Assembly (NCBI GenBank): GCA_027001995.1 | Contig: JALTLO010000023.1 | Coordinates: 19,156 to 83,155, forward strand | DNA: 64,000 nucleotides | Source: Planctomycetota bacterium | GTDB lineage: Bacteria > Planctomycetota > GCA-002687715 > DRQF01 | Direction: 5' to 3' | Part shown: one piece after another, positions 18,221 through 27,305 of the stretch | How the letters are laid out: each line of letters opens with the position of its first letter | Position numbering within the stretch: position 1 is the first letter of the stretch | The notes under the pieces: model-generated | What the model was told of the DNA's origin: nothing | The model's database searches: none | What the model saw: only the letters and a program-made list of their open reading frames with translations | Position numbers and translations under genes: made by a program

Positions 18221-20284
18221 ATGGCAGTGCCTATAGGAAGAGGCACTGAGAGGCGCAATCAAAATCTCAAGACGAACGGGGCTTACCCACCTGGTGTTCC
18301 CACCATGAACCTTTCCGCACTCTTGTCTTTGAGGGAAAAGGGCATCGACTTGAACAAGGTAGTTAGATTCGACATCACTTTACTTCTTTGCCTTTTGATA
18401 GGGGCCATGATTTTCTTCATGCCACTATTGGGTGGTGGCTTTGTTGCTGACGACTTCACGATTTTGCGCTTTGTCACTTATGGCGACCCAGCCCATGCAG
18501 ATACTGATCCGAAAGATTCAACTGCCGTATTGCGCTATTTCTTCGAGCCGACGAACCAGGAAACCCATGTCTATCGGCCGTTAGTGCTCCTATCCTTTCG
18601 TTTGAGCTACCAGCAATTCGGAACCAGCTCTTCTGGGTTCTTGATGACCAACCTACTGATTCATTTACTCAACGCCGTGATTGTGGCTCGTTTGCTACGA
18701 TTCCTCCCTCCAAACTCTCGAGCCATTTGGTTAGCGGCTATTGCCGTGTTCTTGTTTCATCCTTTGCAGGTGCAAGTTGTAACTTGGTCTGCAGCACGAT
18801 CAGACAGCCTCTCATTCTTCTTCGGATCACTGGCTCTTTTGCTCAAATTCTCACATCCCAAGCGCGCCCTTCTCCCGGCACTCCTCATACTTCTCGCTTT
18901 ACTTTGCAAGGAGTCCGCCATCGTTTGGGCAGCGGCGCTGATTTTTTTCGAAATTCCCACGAGAACCGGCGACAAGACAGATCGCTCTTGGGACATCGGT
19001 GCCAGGGGCAGGCGCCTCCTGCCACTCGCATCTGTTGTCAGCATCTATTTCATTTTGCGCTCGCAAGCGTTGAACTCCCTTGATACCCCGGCACTCTACA
19101 ATGGACTAGAACTGTCCGAACATCTGTCGCAAAAATCACTCAAGGGCATAGGGAAGTCCCTACTCTTTATTTTCTGCCCTGTCGTACACGAGGTCATCCC
19201 CAACAGCGCTGTCAATGCCCTTATTCACTTGACTCAACTCATCGCAAACATCACTCTCTTCCTAATCGGCGGTCGCGAACTCATGAGACGCGGGCTACGG
19301 GAAGCCCTCCTTTGGAGTGTACTACTCTTTTCAGCACTCCTCTCCTTGATAGTCGGAAACCCGTGCCCAGACTTCTTGCTTTCTCGGGCCTTCTATACCT
19401 CTATGCTTCTTGTCGCATGCCTCATAACTTTGGCCTACGGGGCCAAACCCCGAACAACGATGTTCCTGTCGCTGGCTTTGATCGCCACGTTCTTGCCAAG
19501 TTCCATCGTAATCAGGGACTGTTGGGTCAGAAATGGTGCCGAGGTGAAGGGCTATCAAGAGTCTTTGGATAACATCTTGGACGACTTGCCAACAACAAAT
19601 GTCAACAGGATCGTTGTACTCAATCCCATTGGGCCAGTTTCTTCAAGAGGCGGATTCGTGTTGGGCCAACCGCCTCCTACGGCATTCATGAGGCCATTTA
19701 TGAAGATGGACCTTTCATTCGTTTCTCTTGGACGGCAAGGCTCAGACAAAACGTACCCAGCAAGAGAGTTCGCCGCTGCATTTCCTCGCTCCGGTGAGAA
19801 ATCTATCGTGGTTCGCCTACGCTTAGACAGAGAGAAAAATGCGAATTTCTTCGAACTCGTACACGCCGATACCATCGTTGGCAAAGAACAATGGAAGGTT
19901 GAGCCGGTCGAACCCGGCTGGAATCAAGTGACTGTGATTAACATAGACCACGCAGAATTAGAAACTTTTGAATTCACAGTTCGGCACCAAGAAGAAGAGG
20001 GGCTTCGTTTCGTCGTCGCAATTCTCGATGGGTCTGGTCTCCTTTTCGAACTACCAGGGATCGTTGGAGAGATTCGCGTCGACGGTGACACTCAAACAAC
20101 ATCTTTGCAGGTGCCACCGATTCCTAAGAAGTACTTTGAGGGCATTCCCCCAGCCATTTCTCTTGGGTGGAGTGTAGAAGTTTCAAGGAAAGACGGAACA
20201 ATCATCGGAAGGAGCCCCACAAGTCCGATTCAAGTGAGGTTCGTGACTGAGGAATCCAAGGCAAAAGCAAATTCTGCCAAATGA
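18221..20284 (+). CDS. Polytopic membrane protein, GT-C-like (start uncertain, possibly 18305 or later)
   Basis: FVADDF acidic loop, YRPL, NLLIHLLN, HPLQVQVVTW...R, KES motifs of TMTC/PMT-like proteins. Confidence 0.7.
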   Translation: MAVPIGRGTERRNQNLKTNGAYPPGVPTMNLSALLSLREKGIDLNKVVRFDITLLLCLLIGAMIFFMPLLGGGFVADDFTILRFVTYGDPAHADTDPKDSTAVLRYFFEPTNQETHVYRPLVLLSFRLSYQQFGTSSSGFLMTNLLIHLLNAVIVARLLRFLPPNSRAIWLAAIAVFLFHPLQVQVVTWSAARSDSLSFFFGSLALLLKFSHPKRALLPALLILLALLCKESAIVWAAALIFFEIPTRTGDKTDRSWDIGARGRRLLPLASVVSIYFILRSQALNSLDTPALYNGLELSEHLSQKSLKGIGKSLLFIFCPVVHEVIPNSAVNALIHLTQLIANITLFLIGGRELMRRGLREALLWSVLLFSALLSLIVGNPCPDFLLSRAFYTSMLLVACLITLAYGAKPRTTMFLSLALIATFLPSSIVIRDCWVRNGAEVKGYQESLDNILDDLPTTNVNRIVVLNPIGPVSSRGGFVLGQPPPTAFMRPFMKMDLSFVSLGRQGSDKTYPAREFAAAFPRSGEKSIVVRLRLDREKNANFFELVHADTIVGKEQWKVEPVEPGWNQVTVINIDHAELETFEFTVRHQEEEGLRFVVAILDGSGLLFELPGIVGEIRVDGDTQTTSLQVPPIPKKYFEGIPPAISLGWSVEVSRKDGTIIGRSPTSPIQVRFVTEESKAKANSAK

Positions 20285-20444
20285 AACATCTGCTCGCTGA
20301 ACCAAGCACCCCCCTGCCACCCCTTTGATCGCGAGAGCATTGCTGTCCATGGCTAGCACCGCAACGCCTCAATCGCTCCCTGCGGTCAGATCGCGGGAGG
20401 ACTTGCACCTTCAAGTCGGCAGTCATGCCGGGCACACTGAAAGA

Positions 20445-20470
20445 ACGGATGGCTCGTGAAAGCCATCCGT
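20445..20470 (-). terminator. Hairpin between convergent genes, likely flgM terminator
   Basis: ACGGATGGCT-CGTGAA-AGCCATCCGT perfect 10-bp stem; TCTTTC follows on the minus strand. Confidence 0.6.
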
Positions 20471-20532
20471 AGTCACTTCAACATTTTTTGGCACAAGTGC
20501 CGGTCGGATGTTTCGTTGGCCTATCTTCGGCT

Positions 20533-20841
20533 TTAGCCGAGGAGTCCGCCTCCTTCTGTTAGGAAGCCTTCAGCCGCTTTCGTTGCACTCTCATGACTAT
20601 CCAACTGCCCACTTTCGAGCAGTTCTTTACCTCTTTGGATGGCTTTTGTGTCAACCTCAGGGGATTTGATGATCGTTTCGATATGTGCACGTACCCGTCC
20701 AAGTTGACTGGAATTCTCAAAGAGATCCTGCTTTCCAGCTGACTTGTTCGCCTTAGCTGAGGCACTTCCGCGACGGGAAGGATCCGAGCGCTCTTGTTGG
20801 GCTGCTCGGCTGATTTCCGCGCTGACATCTTTGATGTCCAT
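20533..20841 (-). CDS. flgM: FlgM-like anti-sigma-28 factor
   Basis: 102 aa, low-complexity N-terminus, C-terminal SPEVDTKAIQRGKELLESGQL resembles the FlgM sigma-binding region; AAGGAG RBS; fliA about 6 kb away. Confidence 0.65.
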   Translation of the reverse strand: MDIKDVSAEISRAAQQERSDPSRRGSASAKANKSAGKQDLFENSSQLGRVRAHIETIIKSPEVDTKAIQRGKELLESGQLDSHESATKAAEGFLTEGGGLLG

Positions 20842-21168
20842 TGGAAGCTCCTTAAAAACCTGGACTTACGTCCGATACCTGGGTTTCCGACAAACCCTTC
20901 CATTCCATTTCCTTTGTTCTCTTAGGCAGAATCTGAAAGTCCTTAACCAAGAAAAGGAAAAAAACATGGGGCAATATAGGCAGAGGAAAGTGATTTTACT
21001 GTGCAGATGAGGCCATTCCGGTTTCAATAGGGCCTATCACCCAGCCTGAGTCGTGAACAAAGGGTCCGATGGCAAGAACATGATGTGTTCTTTGGCAAAG
21101 CCCCCAAATTGAACGACCAGCCCATTGCCAGTCAAGATGAACTCGAATTGCAGCAGGATGGAGAAGTT

Positions 21169-22179
21169 ATGTCTCGTATTTCGCTCATGGCCATGATCCT
21201 CATTGCCAGCATTGCATTGCTCGCCGCCCCCGCATCGGCCCAGCTCTTAAATCCCAGTTTCGACGCGAACGCTATTGGTACCCCTCAAGACTATGTCTTC
21301 AATGCCAATGGCGGTGGGTCCTTCATCTCATCGTTTGATCTTTCCATGCCCACCAACGGGACCCGCTTTGCGGTCATGACCGGTGGTAACAATGGCCCAG
21401 CAACTCCCCACTCGAATCCAGGCGGGGTTGGCACGGATGCCAGTGGCGCCGTCACCTTAAGTCAGACATTTTTCTTCGCTAGCCCGACGGACACCAACAT
21501 TGAGTTCGATTGCATCCTCTTGGGCAACGACATGGGTAATGCTGATTTCCTTGAGGTGAGCATCTCTGCCGGAGGCCAATCTTTGAATCTGGTTCACCTG
21601 GACACCATTGCTGATGTTGGACCTGGAGGTGCAAGCACCGTAACCGGCCTCATGACGTCCCCACTCACACATGTGTCTGTTGATGTGGGCGCTGCCTTCG
21701 TCGGAGCCAACATTGCCACGCCATTCACATTGACCATCCATTTGGGCAATTCCGGAGACAATTTGATTGCCCCACGAGGTCACATCGACAACTTCACCTT
21801 CTCCCCCGGAACTCCATTCGCCACCAACTCAGTGGGCTTTATCCCCATGGGTGGCTTCGTTCGCTTGAGCATTCGGACGGCTTTGCCATTCACGGAATAC
21901 TACACCTTGGTCAGCCATGACACCGCAGGGCCTAAGGGTATGGGGGCCTTTGGTGGTCTCTACTTGGACAATCAAACTATCGGCATTCTCACCTTGCCAG
22001 TGGGAACTCCCGGCCTCCACGACATCACCAATGCAGCCGGAGAGTTTGATGCCAATGTTTTCCTTGGCATTGCTCCAATTGGTTTTGTCTTTGACTACAT
22101 GCTGGCAGCTTTCTTGCCGGGAGGGATCGAAATTACCCCTGTGAAGCGAGGTGCTTGGGGTCAACAAGAAGACTTCTAA
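21169..22179 (+). CDS. Secreted beta-rich protein (ORF track start 21085)
   Basis: Signal peptide ending PASA-Q; LLNPSFD start typical of carbohydrate-binding-like domains; GGAG RBS. Confidence 0.7.
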   Translation: MSRISLMAMILIASIALLAAPASAQLLNPSFDANAIGTPQDYVFNANGGGSFISSFDLSMPTNGTRFAVMTGGNNGPATPHSNPGGVGTDASGAVTLSQTFFFASPTDTNIEFDCILLGNDMGNADFLEVSISAGGQSLNLVHLDTIADVGPGGASTVTGLMTSPLTHVSVDVGAAFVGANIATPFTLTIHLGNSGDNLIAPRGHIDNFTFSPGTPFATNSVGFIPMGGFVRLSIRTALPFTEYYTLVSHDTAGPKGMGAFGGLYLDNQTIGILTLPVGTPGLHDITNAAGEFDANVFLGIAPIGFVFDYMLAAFLPGGIEITPVKRGAWGQQEDF

Positions 22180-22329
22180 GCCGATAGGATTCAGACTTGA
22201 AGCCCTCAGAATGGACCCGATGCTGGGCTCTGGACGGTCATCATCCATGACCTAAGGTTGTTCGTCTCAGGTGCATAACGTGCACAACCTCAAGAATGAG
22301 GCAGGCTAAGAGCCGATAGATGACGCAAG

Positions 22330-22361
22330 AAAGGGAGATGGCCAACCATCTCCCTTTTTTT
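22330..22361 (+). terminator. Intrinsic terminator
   Basis: AAAGGGAGATGG-CCAA-CCATCTCCCTTT plus T-run. Confidence 0.8.
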
Positions 22362-22430
22362 CGTAGATCATCAACAGGGCGGGCCAACGCGCCCAAGACA
22401 GATTCTTTGGCAATGGGCTGGAGCATGAAG

Positions 22431-22461
22431 AAGGGAGACTGATCAAAGATCAGTCTCCCTT
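22431..22461 (-). terminator. Terminator hairpin downstream of tRNA-Leu
   Basis: Perfect 14-bp inverted repeat AAGGGAGACTGATC-AAA-GATCAGTCTCCCTT. Confidence 0.75.
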
Positions 22462-22464
22462 AAG

Positions 22465-22550
22465 TGCCGCGAGCGAGATTCGAACTCGCACTCAGTTTAA
22501 CCTGAACTAGGCCCTCAACCTAGCGCGTCTGCCAGTTCCGCCACCGCGGC
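22465..22550 (-). tRNA. tRNA-Leu (anticodon GAG); CCA end not encoded
   Basis: Minus strand GCCGCGGTGGCGGAACTGGCAGACGCG CTAGG-TTGAGGG-CCTAG, long variable arm, GTTCGAATC T-loop, acceptor stem closes at CGCGGC-A. Confidence 0.95.
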
Positions 22551-22615
22551 ATTGGTGATGCGAAGGGGATTATATGGTGACGAAGATGTCCTTCCAGACC
22601 AAAATGTCGTCTTCT

Positions 22616-24667
22616 TCAGTAATTTTCCTCTGCTGCCAAGGTCATGTGGATCCGAAACTCCGGCCCCTCCTGCCCCACATCAATGAAAAAGTAGGAAAAG
22701 ACATCGCGAAATTGGTTGAGATTGCGATCGATTTCTCGCCGGATGGTGGCAGGATTGCGTTCTTTCTGCGTCTCCCGAAGCCACTCCTTGTATTTCAGCT
22801 CAACCCATTCCTCTTGGGGGAAATTAGGTCGAGTTTGTCGCCAACGTGACTCTAAGCGCTGCCTCTGGGCAAACTTCTCGATCTCTTCGATTTTGCTGCG
22901 ATCCTCAACCCAGGCGGTTTTCGCTTGGTCCATGTGAGAATAGAGACGCTGCACGTCAATGAACATCAAATCCTTCGTCCCAGCGGTCATATGCTCCAAT
23001 TGGTATTCGATTTGGTTCAAAAGGGGCATCCCCGGACTCGTCTTTTCACCCACGGCGATCGCTTCTTGGAACAAGCGGACCCAATTGGTGACCACCAAAT
23101 AGTCGTCAATTATGGCGAATCCTGGATCATTATTTTCTGCGTCCTCCAAGAAGCTCTTCTTACTGACCCGCCAATAGTCAAAAGGTCCAGAGTCAAAGTA
23201 ATCGAATGGCTGCTTTAGGCCATCATCGATTTCTTGGATAAAAGCCCGGACGGCACTGTGATCGGCTATACGCAAAATGCAAGCAAAGCCAGATCCACCT
23301 CCTCCAGATCCTTCGGAGCGGATTTTTTTGAAGAACAAAAGCCCCATGCCTGGGTCGAAGAGGGTTCTCAGCTTGTCCACCAGAGGTTTGACGAACTCAG
23401 GGACGATGGAGCCGGGCTGTTTGTAGCGCTTAAAGCTCTCCAACTCCGCCAATCCCGCGAACAGTAACTCCCGCTGGTCTTGATCAACCATGGCTCTCTG
23501 ACCAAGAGCAAAAGAAAGGACGTCGGCGGGATGATTCCCCATGGCAGCGTAGCCAAAGACATGATGAGGCATGATGCTAAGAATACGATCGACTTGCTGG
23601 AAGACCTCATCTTCATCCAAGACATCACAGTCGCTAAAAACGTCTCCCCGAGAGCGAGGCTCGGCGGCAACGGCAAAGCGAAGGTCAGCTTGATCAGCAA
23701 AATCAAGCTGAACATAGGCATCCGAGCCCGAGAACATGGGAAACGCCTGCTCAAAAGAACGGGCAATAGCCCCGCCCCACATAGGAATCAAGATGTTCTT
23801 GTGTAAGCCCACTTTCTCCAGCAAGTATGATTTTCGCGCCATGACGTTCAAGGCGCTGCTCGACTTCGAGCTCCAAACCCAACGTGGGTCCATGCGTCTT
23901 TCCGGAATGACCGGCAAGCCAACAGTGCGGGCCTTCTTTACCAGACGAGACAATGCCGGGATGTTGCTGCCAACTAAGAGGACCTTTTCGACTCGAGCAA
24001 GCCCCAACTCTTGCTCACCCCCGTTGCCGTCGGGAAACACCAAGCGGACGCCCCAACCGAAATGCTCGATCTCCGAAACACCCAGGTCATCTTCGACGAA
24101 ACCACACAAGGACGGGGTGATGAGAGCGTTTGCGGCGATCAACGCCATGTCAGAGTGAGGTTGAATGGCCGCCACCATGGTGAAAGGATCACCTGCTTTC
24201 TTCGGTGCATACCCGGACACCACAATTTGATGCCCCGACAAGTCTCCAAGAGCACTGAGATCAAAAGGCAGCTCAGCGTCAATATCACGAAGAAAAGCAA
24301 AAGCCTCTCGCATCTTGGGGATAAGCTCGGTCTCAGCAACCAAGTCGCTTGCTAAGAACTGAGAGAAATTCTTGCTGCGATTGAGATGACTAATGAAGGG
24401 GCGATCCTCGATCCCCTTAATCAGCGTCGGCACGTCATTGGAATAGATGACCAAGTCTGCATCTTCGGTAACGAAAACCAAAAGGTCATCATATTCTTCG
24501 GCAAATGGATCATAGAGATTCGACTTGATCCAAATCAAAGCCATGGCGAGCAATAGGCCAAGAATAACGGCGATAATGACGCGCTTTCTGGATGCTCCGA
24601 ACTTTTCTAATAGGTCATTCATATTCGTTTGAGATTTTCTTTTCTGCACCAACCGAGCCGAAGACAC
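22616..24667 (-). CDS. Membrane-anchored hypothetical protein (DUF3352-like)
   Basis: N-terminal TM helix, large soluble alpha/beta region; family call tentative. Confidence 0.6.
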   Translation of the reverse strand: MSSARLVQKRKSQTNMNDLLEKFGASRKRVIIAVILGLLLAMALIWIKSNLYDPFAEEYDDLLVFVTEDADLVIYSNDVPTLIKGIEDRPFISHLNRSKNFSQFLASDLVAETELIPKMREAFAFLRDIDAELPFDLSALGDLSGHQIVVSGYAPKKAGDPFTMVAAIQPHSDMALIAANALITPSLCGFVEDDLGVSEIEHFGWGVRLVFPDGNGGEQELGLARVEKVLLVGSNIPALSRLVKKARTVGLPVIPERRMDPRWVWSSKSSSALNVMARKSYLLEKVGLHKNILIPMWGGAIARSFEQAFPMFSGSDAYVQLDFADQADLRFAVAAEPRSRGDVFSDCDVLDEDEVFQQVDRILSIMPHHVFGYAAMGNHPADVLSFALGQRAMVDQDQRELLFAGLAELESFKRYKQPGSIVPEFVKPLVDKLRTLFDPGMGLLFFKKIRSEGSGGGGSGFACILRIADHSAVRAFIQEIDDGLKQPFDYFDSGPFDYWRVSKKSFLEDAENNDPGFAIIDDYLVVTNWVRLFQEAIAVGEKTSPGMPLLNQIEYQLEHMTAGTKDLMFIDVQRLYSHMDQAKTAWVEDRSKIEEIEKFAQRQRLESRWRQTRPNFPQEEWVELKYKEWLRETQKERNPATIRREIDRNLNQFRDVFSYFFIDVGQEGPEFRIHMTLAAEENY

Positions 24668-24922
24668 CCCCTACGATATCATGCCAATGGGCCCGGCACT
24701 GCCCTGATACTGGGTTATTCGTCCGACGTTCGAAAAAGAACATACCCTGCCAACACGATTCACTTGGGGAAGTCTCCAGCACGGATGGCCTGCCTTCTCC
24801 TAGGGTTTCGTAGGTCCAGGTCTGGATCTTCGACGAAATGCCTGGGCAGCAATTGCGATTCACGGGCATTTCAACAGAAAAGGAATGGACAGCTTCAAGA
24901 TAAGAGTAGGGCTTAGCGGGGT

Positions 24923-25576
24923 TCAACGGGCTCCCGCATAGCGTTCTTGCAAGGCCTTAATCTCAACCATAACCCGCTCGCTCAGCAACTTAGAAGCTTC
25001 CTTGCGATCCGCGTCCTTCTTGGCTTCAGGTTCAATGGGCTCACCAAAGACCACCATGATGCGGCCGCATCGAGGAAAACCCGCCCGCCTCGGCAGAACA
25101 TCATAGGCGCCTAAAATGGCGACAGGGATAACAGGAACTCGGGCCCTTTGCATCAAAGACCCCACCCCAGCCATCCCTTCTTGGAGGACACCATCACTGG
25201 CGATGTGACCTTCAGGAAAAATGCCTACCAAGCCCCCTCGTTTCACAGCCTTCAAACAGTCTTTCATCGCCCCCACGGCTTTCGCCGAACTTGACAGGGG
25301 AATGACACGCCAGAACCGATAGAACCAACAGAACATGGGGTGATGGTAAAGAGTGCCGTCCATCATGAATGAGACATGACGAGGCACCAAGAGTTGAACA
25401 AGCATAGGGTCGAGGAAGCTCGTGTGATTGGGAGCCAAGATATATGGCCCCTCTAACTTGGGAACGTTGACCGCCCGCAAGCCAAAGAACACACCCAAGA
25501 ACAGACGTACAACAGCGCACATGGCACGTTGAACTTTCCATGTGCCTGCGCTCACAACGCCGATAGCTGTCACCAA
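24923..25576 (-). CDS. plsC: 1-acyl-sn-glycerol-3-phosphate acyltransferase (PlsC family)
   Basis: NHTSFLD and IFPEG motifs. Confidence 0.88.
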   Translation of the reverse strand: MVTAIGVVSAGTWKVQRAMCAVVRLFLGVFFGLRAVNVPKLEGPYILAPNHTSFLDPMLVQLLVPRHVSFMMDGTLYHHPMFCWFYRFWRVIPLSSSAKAVGAMKDCLKAVKRGGLVGIFPEGHIASDGVLQEGMAGVGSLMQRARVPVIPVAILGAYDVLPRRAGFPRCGRIMVVFGEPIEPEAKKDADRKEASKLLSERVMVEIKALQERYAGAR

Positions 25577-25594
25577 TTGACCTCGAGCTCGGGC

Positions 25595-26734
25595 TTAGTG
25601 GCCCAAACCCTTATCTTGACGTGCTAATTGCCCACCGCGAGAGAAACGGTATTGAATTGCCGCTACCTCGCGATTCTTGCGGAAACGGTACTTCAGCACC
25701 TTGGCTTCATCCGTATCGATTTCTGCCGCAAGTTGCTTGCAACAACGAGCGAAACGCCAAAATGCCCAACCAACGACTTCGTCCATTCCCTCTTGCCCAT
25801 CAAAAAGAGCAAAGGTTTTGGAGTACTCATACATGGCGTCTTTGAACTTGCCAGCAGCAAAGGCGCAATCCCCAAGGCCATTGGCGGCCCCAGCGAAGAG
25901 AAGGCTTTGAGTCTCGTAATTGGCTTTCTTGAAGAGTTCTTGGAACAAACTTTCTGCCGCTCCCACCTTCTTCTGGGCCAGAAGGATGTTACCTCGAAGC
26001 ACTTCGCATTGAAGACGTTGCGTCTCGCCTTTTGCCTTGGTGGAAACCGCCGCCTGGGCATTGGCGGCTTCGCTCATCTTGCCTGCACCTAAGAGCGCTT
26101 TGGCGGTACCGATGCCGGCCAGCACACGATACTCATTGCCGAAGCCGAGCTTGCTAGCCTTGGCATCCAAAGCAGCAAAAGCAGCTATGGCCTTATCGAA
26201 TTGACCGAAATCGTAGAGGTCTTGAGCCTCCCGCAGAATAACCTTGGGCAAGAAGTGGGTCTTGGGTGCCATCTTCAAGAGCGCTGCTTTATAGCCATCC
26301 GCCTCTTTCATGCGACCCAAGAAGCGAGACAGGCGCCAAGCATGATAGAGAGATGGCTCTTGGCACCATTGCTCTTTCTTCCGCAGCTTCTTGCCGTCCA
26401 TGGTCTTGCCAGCGATGATGTCGTCCAAAAGTGGCATGGCGCTGCGATAATTGCCTTCGGCAATCATGTCCCTGGCTGTGGAGAAGATCTCAGGTTGATT
26501 CTTATAAGACACGCTGATGAGAGAATCTGTGGGGATTGTACGCTTAGTCTTGCCCTTGAACTTGATGTCTCGGTAGGTCCATTCGGAGATCAGAGCCGAC
26601 TTAGCGACTTTTTCCGCACCCCGGGTGTTGATGTAAGTAATACTAGCTCGCTGTGCGTGAGCCATAACACTGAGAATCAGGGCGAGAAGAAGGCAGAAGC
26701 TCGTGCGTTTGATTGCGATCATGGTAATGCGCAT
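25595..26734 (-). CDS. Secreted TPR-like protein
   Basis: Signal peptide (AHA-Q); repeated helical TPR-like segments (ANGLGDCAFAAGKFKDA). Confidence 0.75.
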   Translation of the reverse strand: MRITMIAIKRTSFCLLLALILSVMAHAQRASITYINTRGAEKVAKSALISEWTYRDIKFKGKTKRTIPTDSLISVSYKNQPEIFSTARDMIAEGNYRSAMPLLDDIIAGKTMDGKKLRKKEQWCQEPSLYHAWRLSRFLGRMKEADGYKAALLKMAPKTHFLPKVILREAQDLYDFGQFDKAIAAFAALDAKASKLGFGNEYRVLAGIGTAKALLGAGKMSEAANAQAAVSTKAKGETQRLQCEVLRGNILLAQKKVGAAESLFQELFKKANYETQSLLFAGAANGLGDCAFAAGKFKDAMYEYSKTFALFDGQEGMDEVVGWAFWRFARCCKQLAAEIDTDEAKVLKYRFRKNREVAAIQYRFSRGGQLARQDKGLGH

Positions 26735-27107
26735 GTCCTAATGATCTCCAGTGGGCTCGAACACCCATTTCCGAGGGGAAAGCTCCGTTCGAACGAAGCG
26801 ATCTCGATTCAAGGGATTTTCCCGGACTGTTCAGACCGGGAGGGAGGATAAGTTATGAATGAGTCCCCGGAGTGTCAAGCCACCTCCTGAGACCGAATCT
26901 TCACCACCGAGGGCTGTCATTTCTCAAATCAGCCCTCCATAGGACTGCTTGTTGACAGTTCGCCGATCCAAAGAGCATAAATCCCAAAGAATCACCACTT
27001 TGAGCCAGGAAAACACCGCCCAATCGGCTTTCTCCAACGGGAAGAGTCCCCAGAAGATCAAAGAAAGTCAGAAATAGGACCCCCATCAGGGCACAAAACA
27101 AAAGCCC

Positions 27108-27149
27108 AAAAAAAGTGATAGCGTCGAAGGCTTACGCCTCGACGCTATC
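27108..27149 (-). terminator. Intrinsic terminator downstream of gyrA
   Basis: GATAGCGTCG(A)AGGC-TTAC-GCCTCGACGCTATC stem (GTAA loop on minus) with a T7 run on the minus strand. Confidence 0.75.
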
Positions 27150-27305
27150 CACGAGCCCTGTAGCACCTTTTTCCCACCTCTATAGGCAGAGAAAGGAGGA
27201 AAAACGGCGCAAATTCTCGCAGTTTTTCGAAATATCCTCTGGCTTCCGCCGATTGCATCTCCTCAACCTCTTGTTGAGAAATTACTTAAGAACGAAGGAG
27301 CTTTC

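Noticed and set aside
22180..22550. tRNA-Leu as an integration site for an island
   Set aside because: No integrase and no duplicated tRNA 3' end spotted in the window
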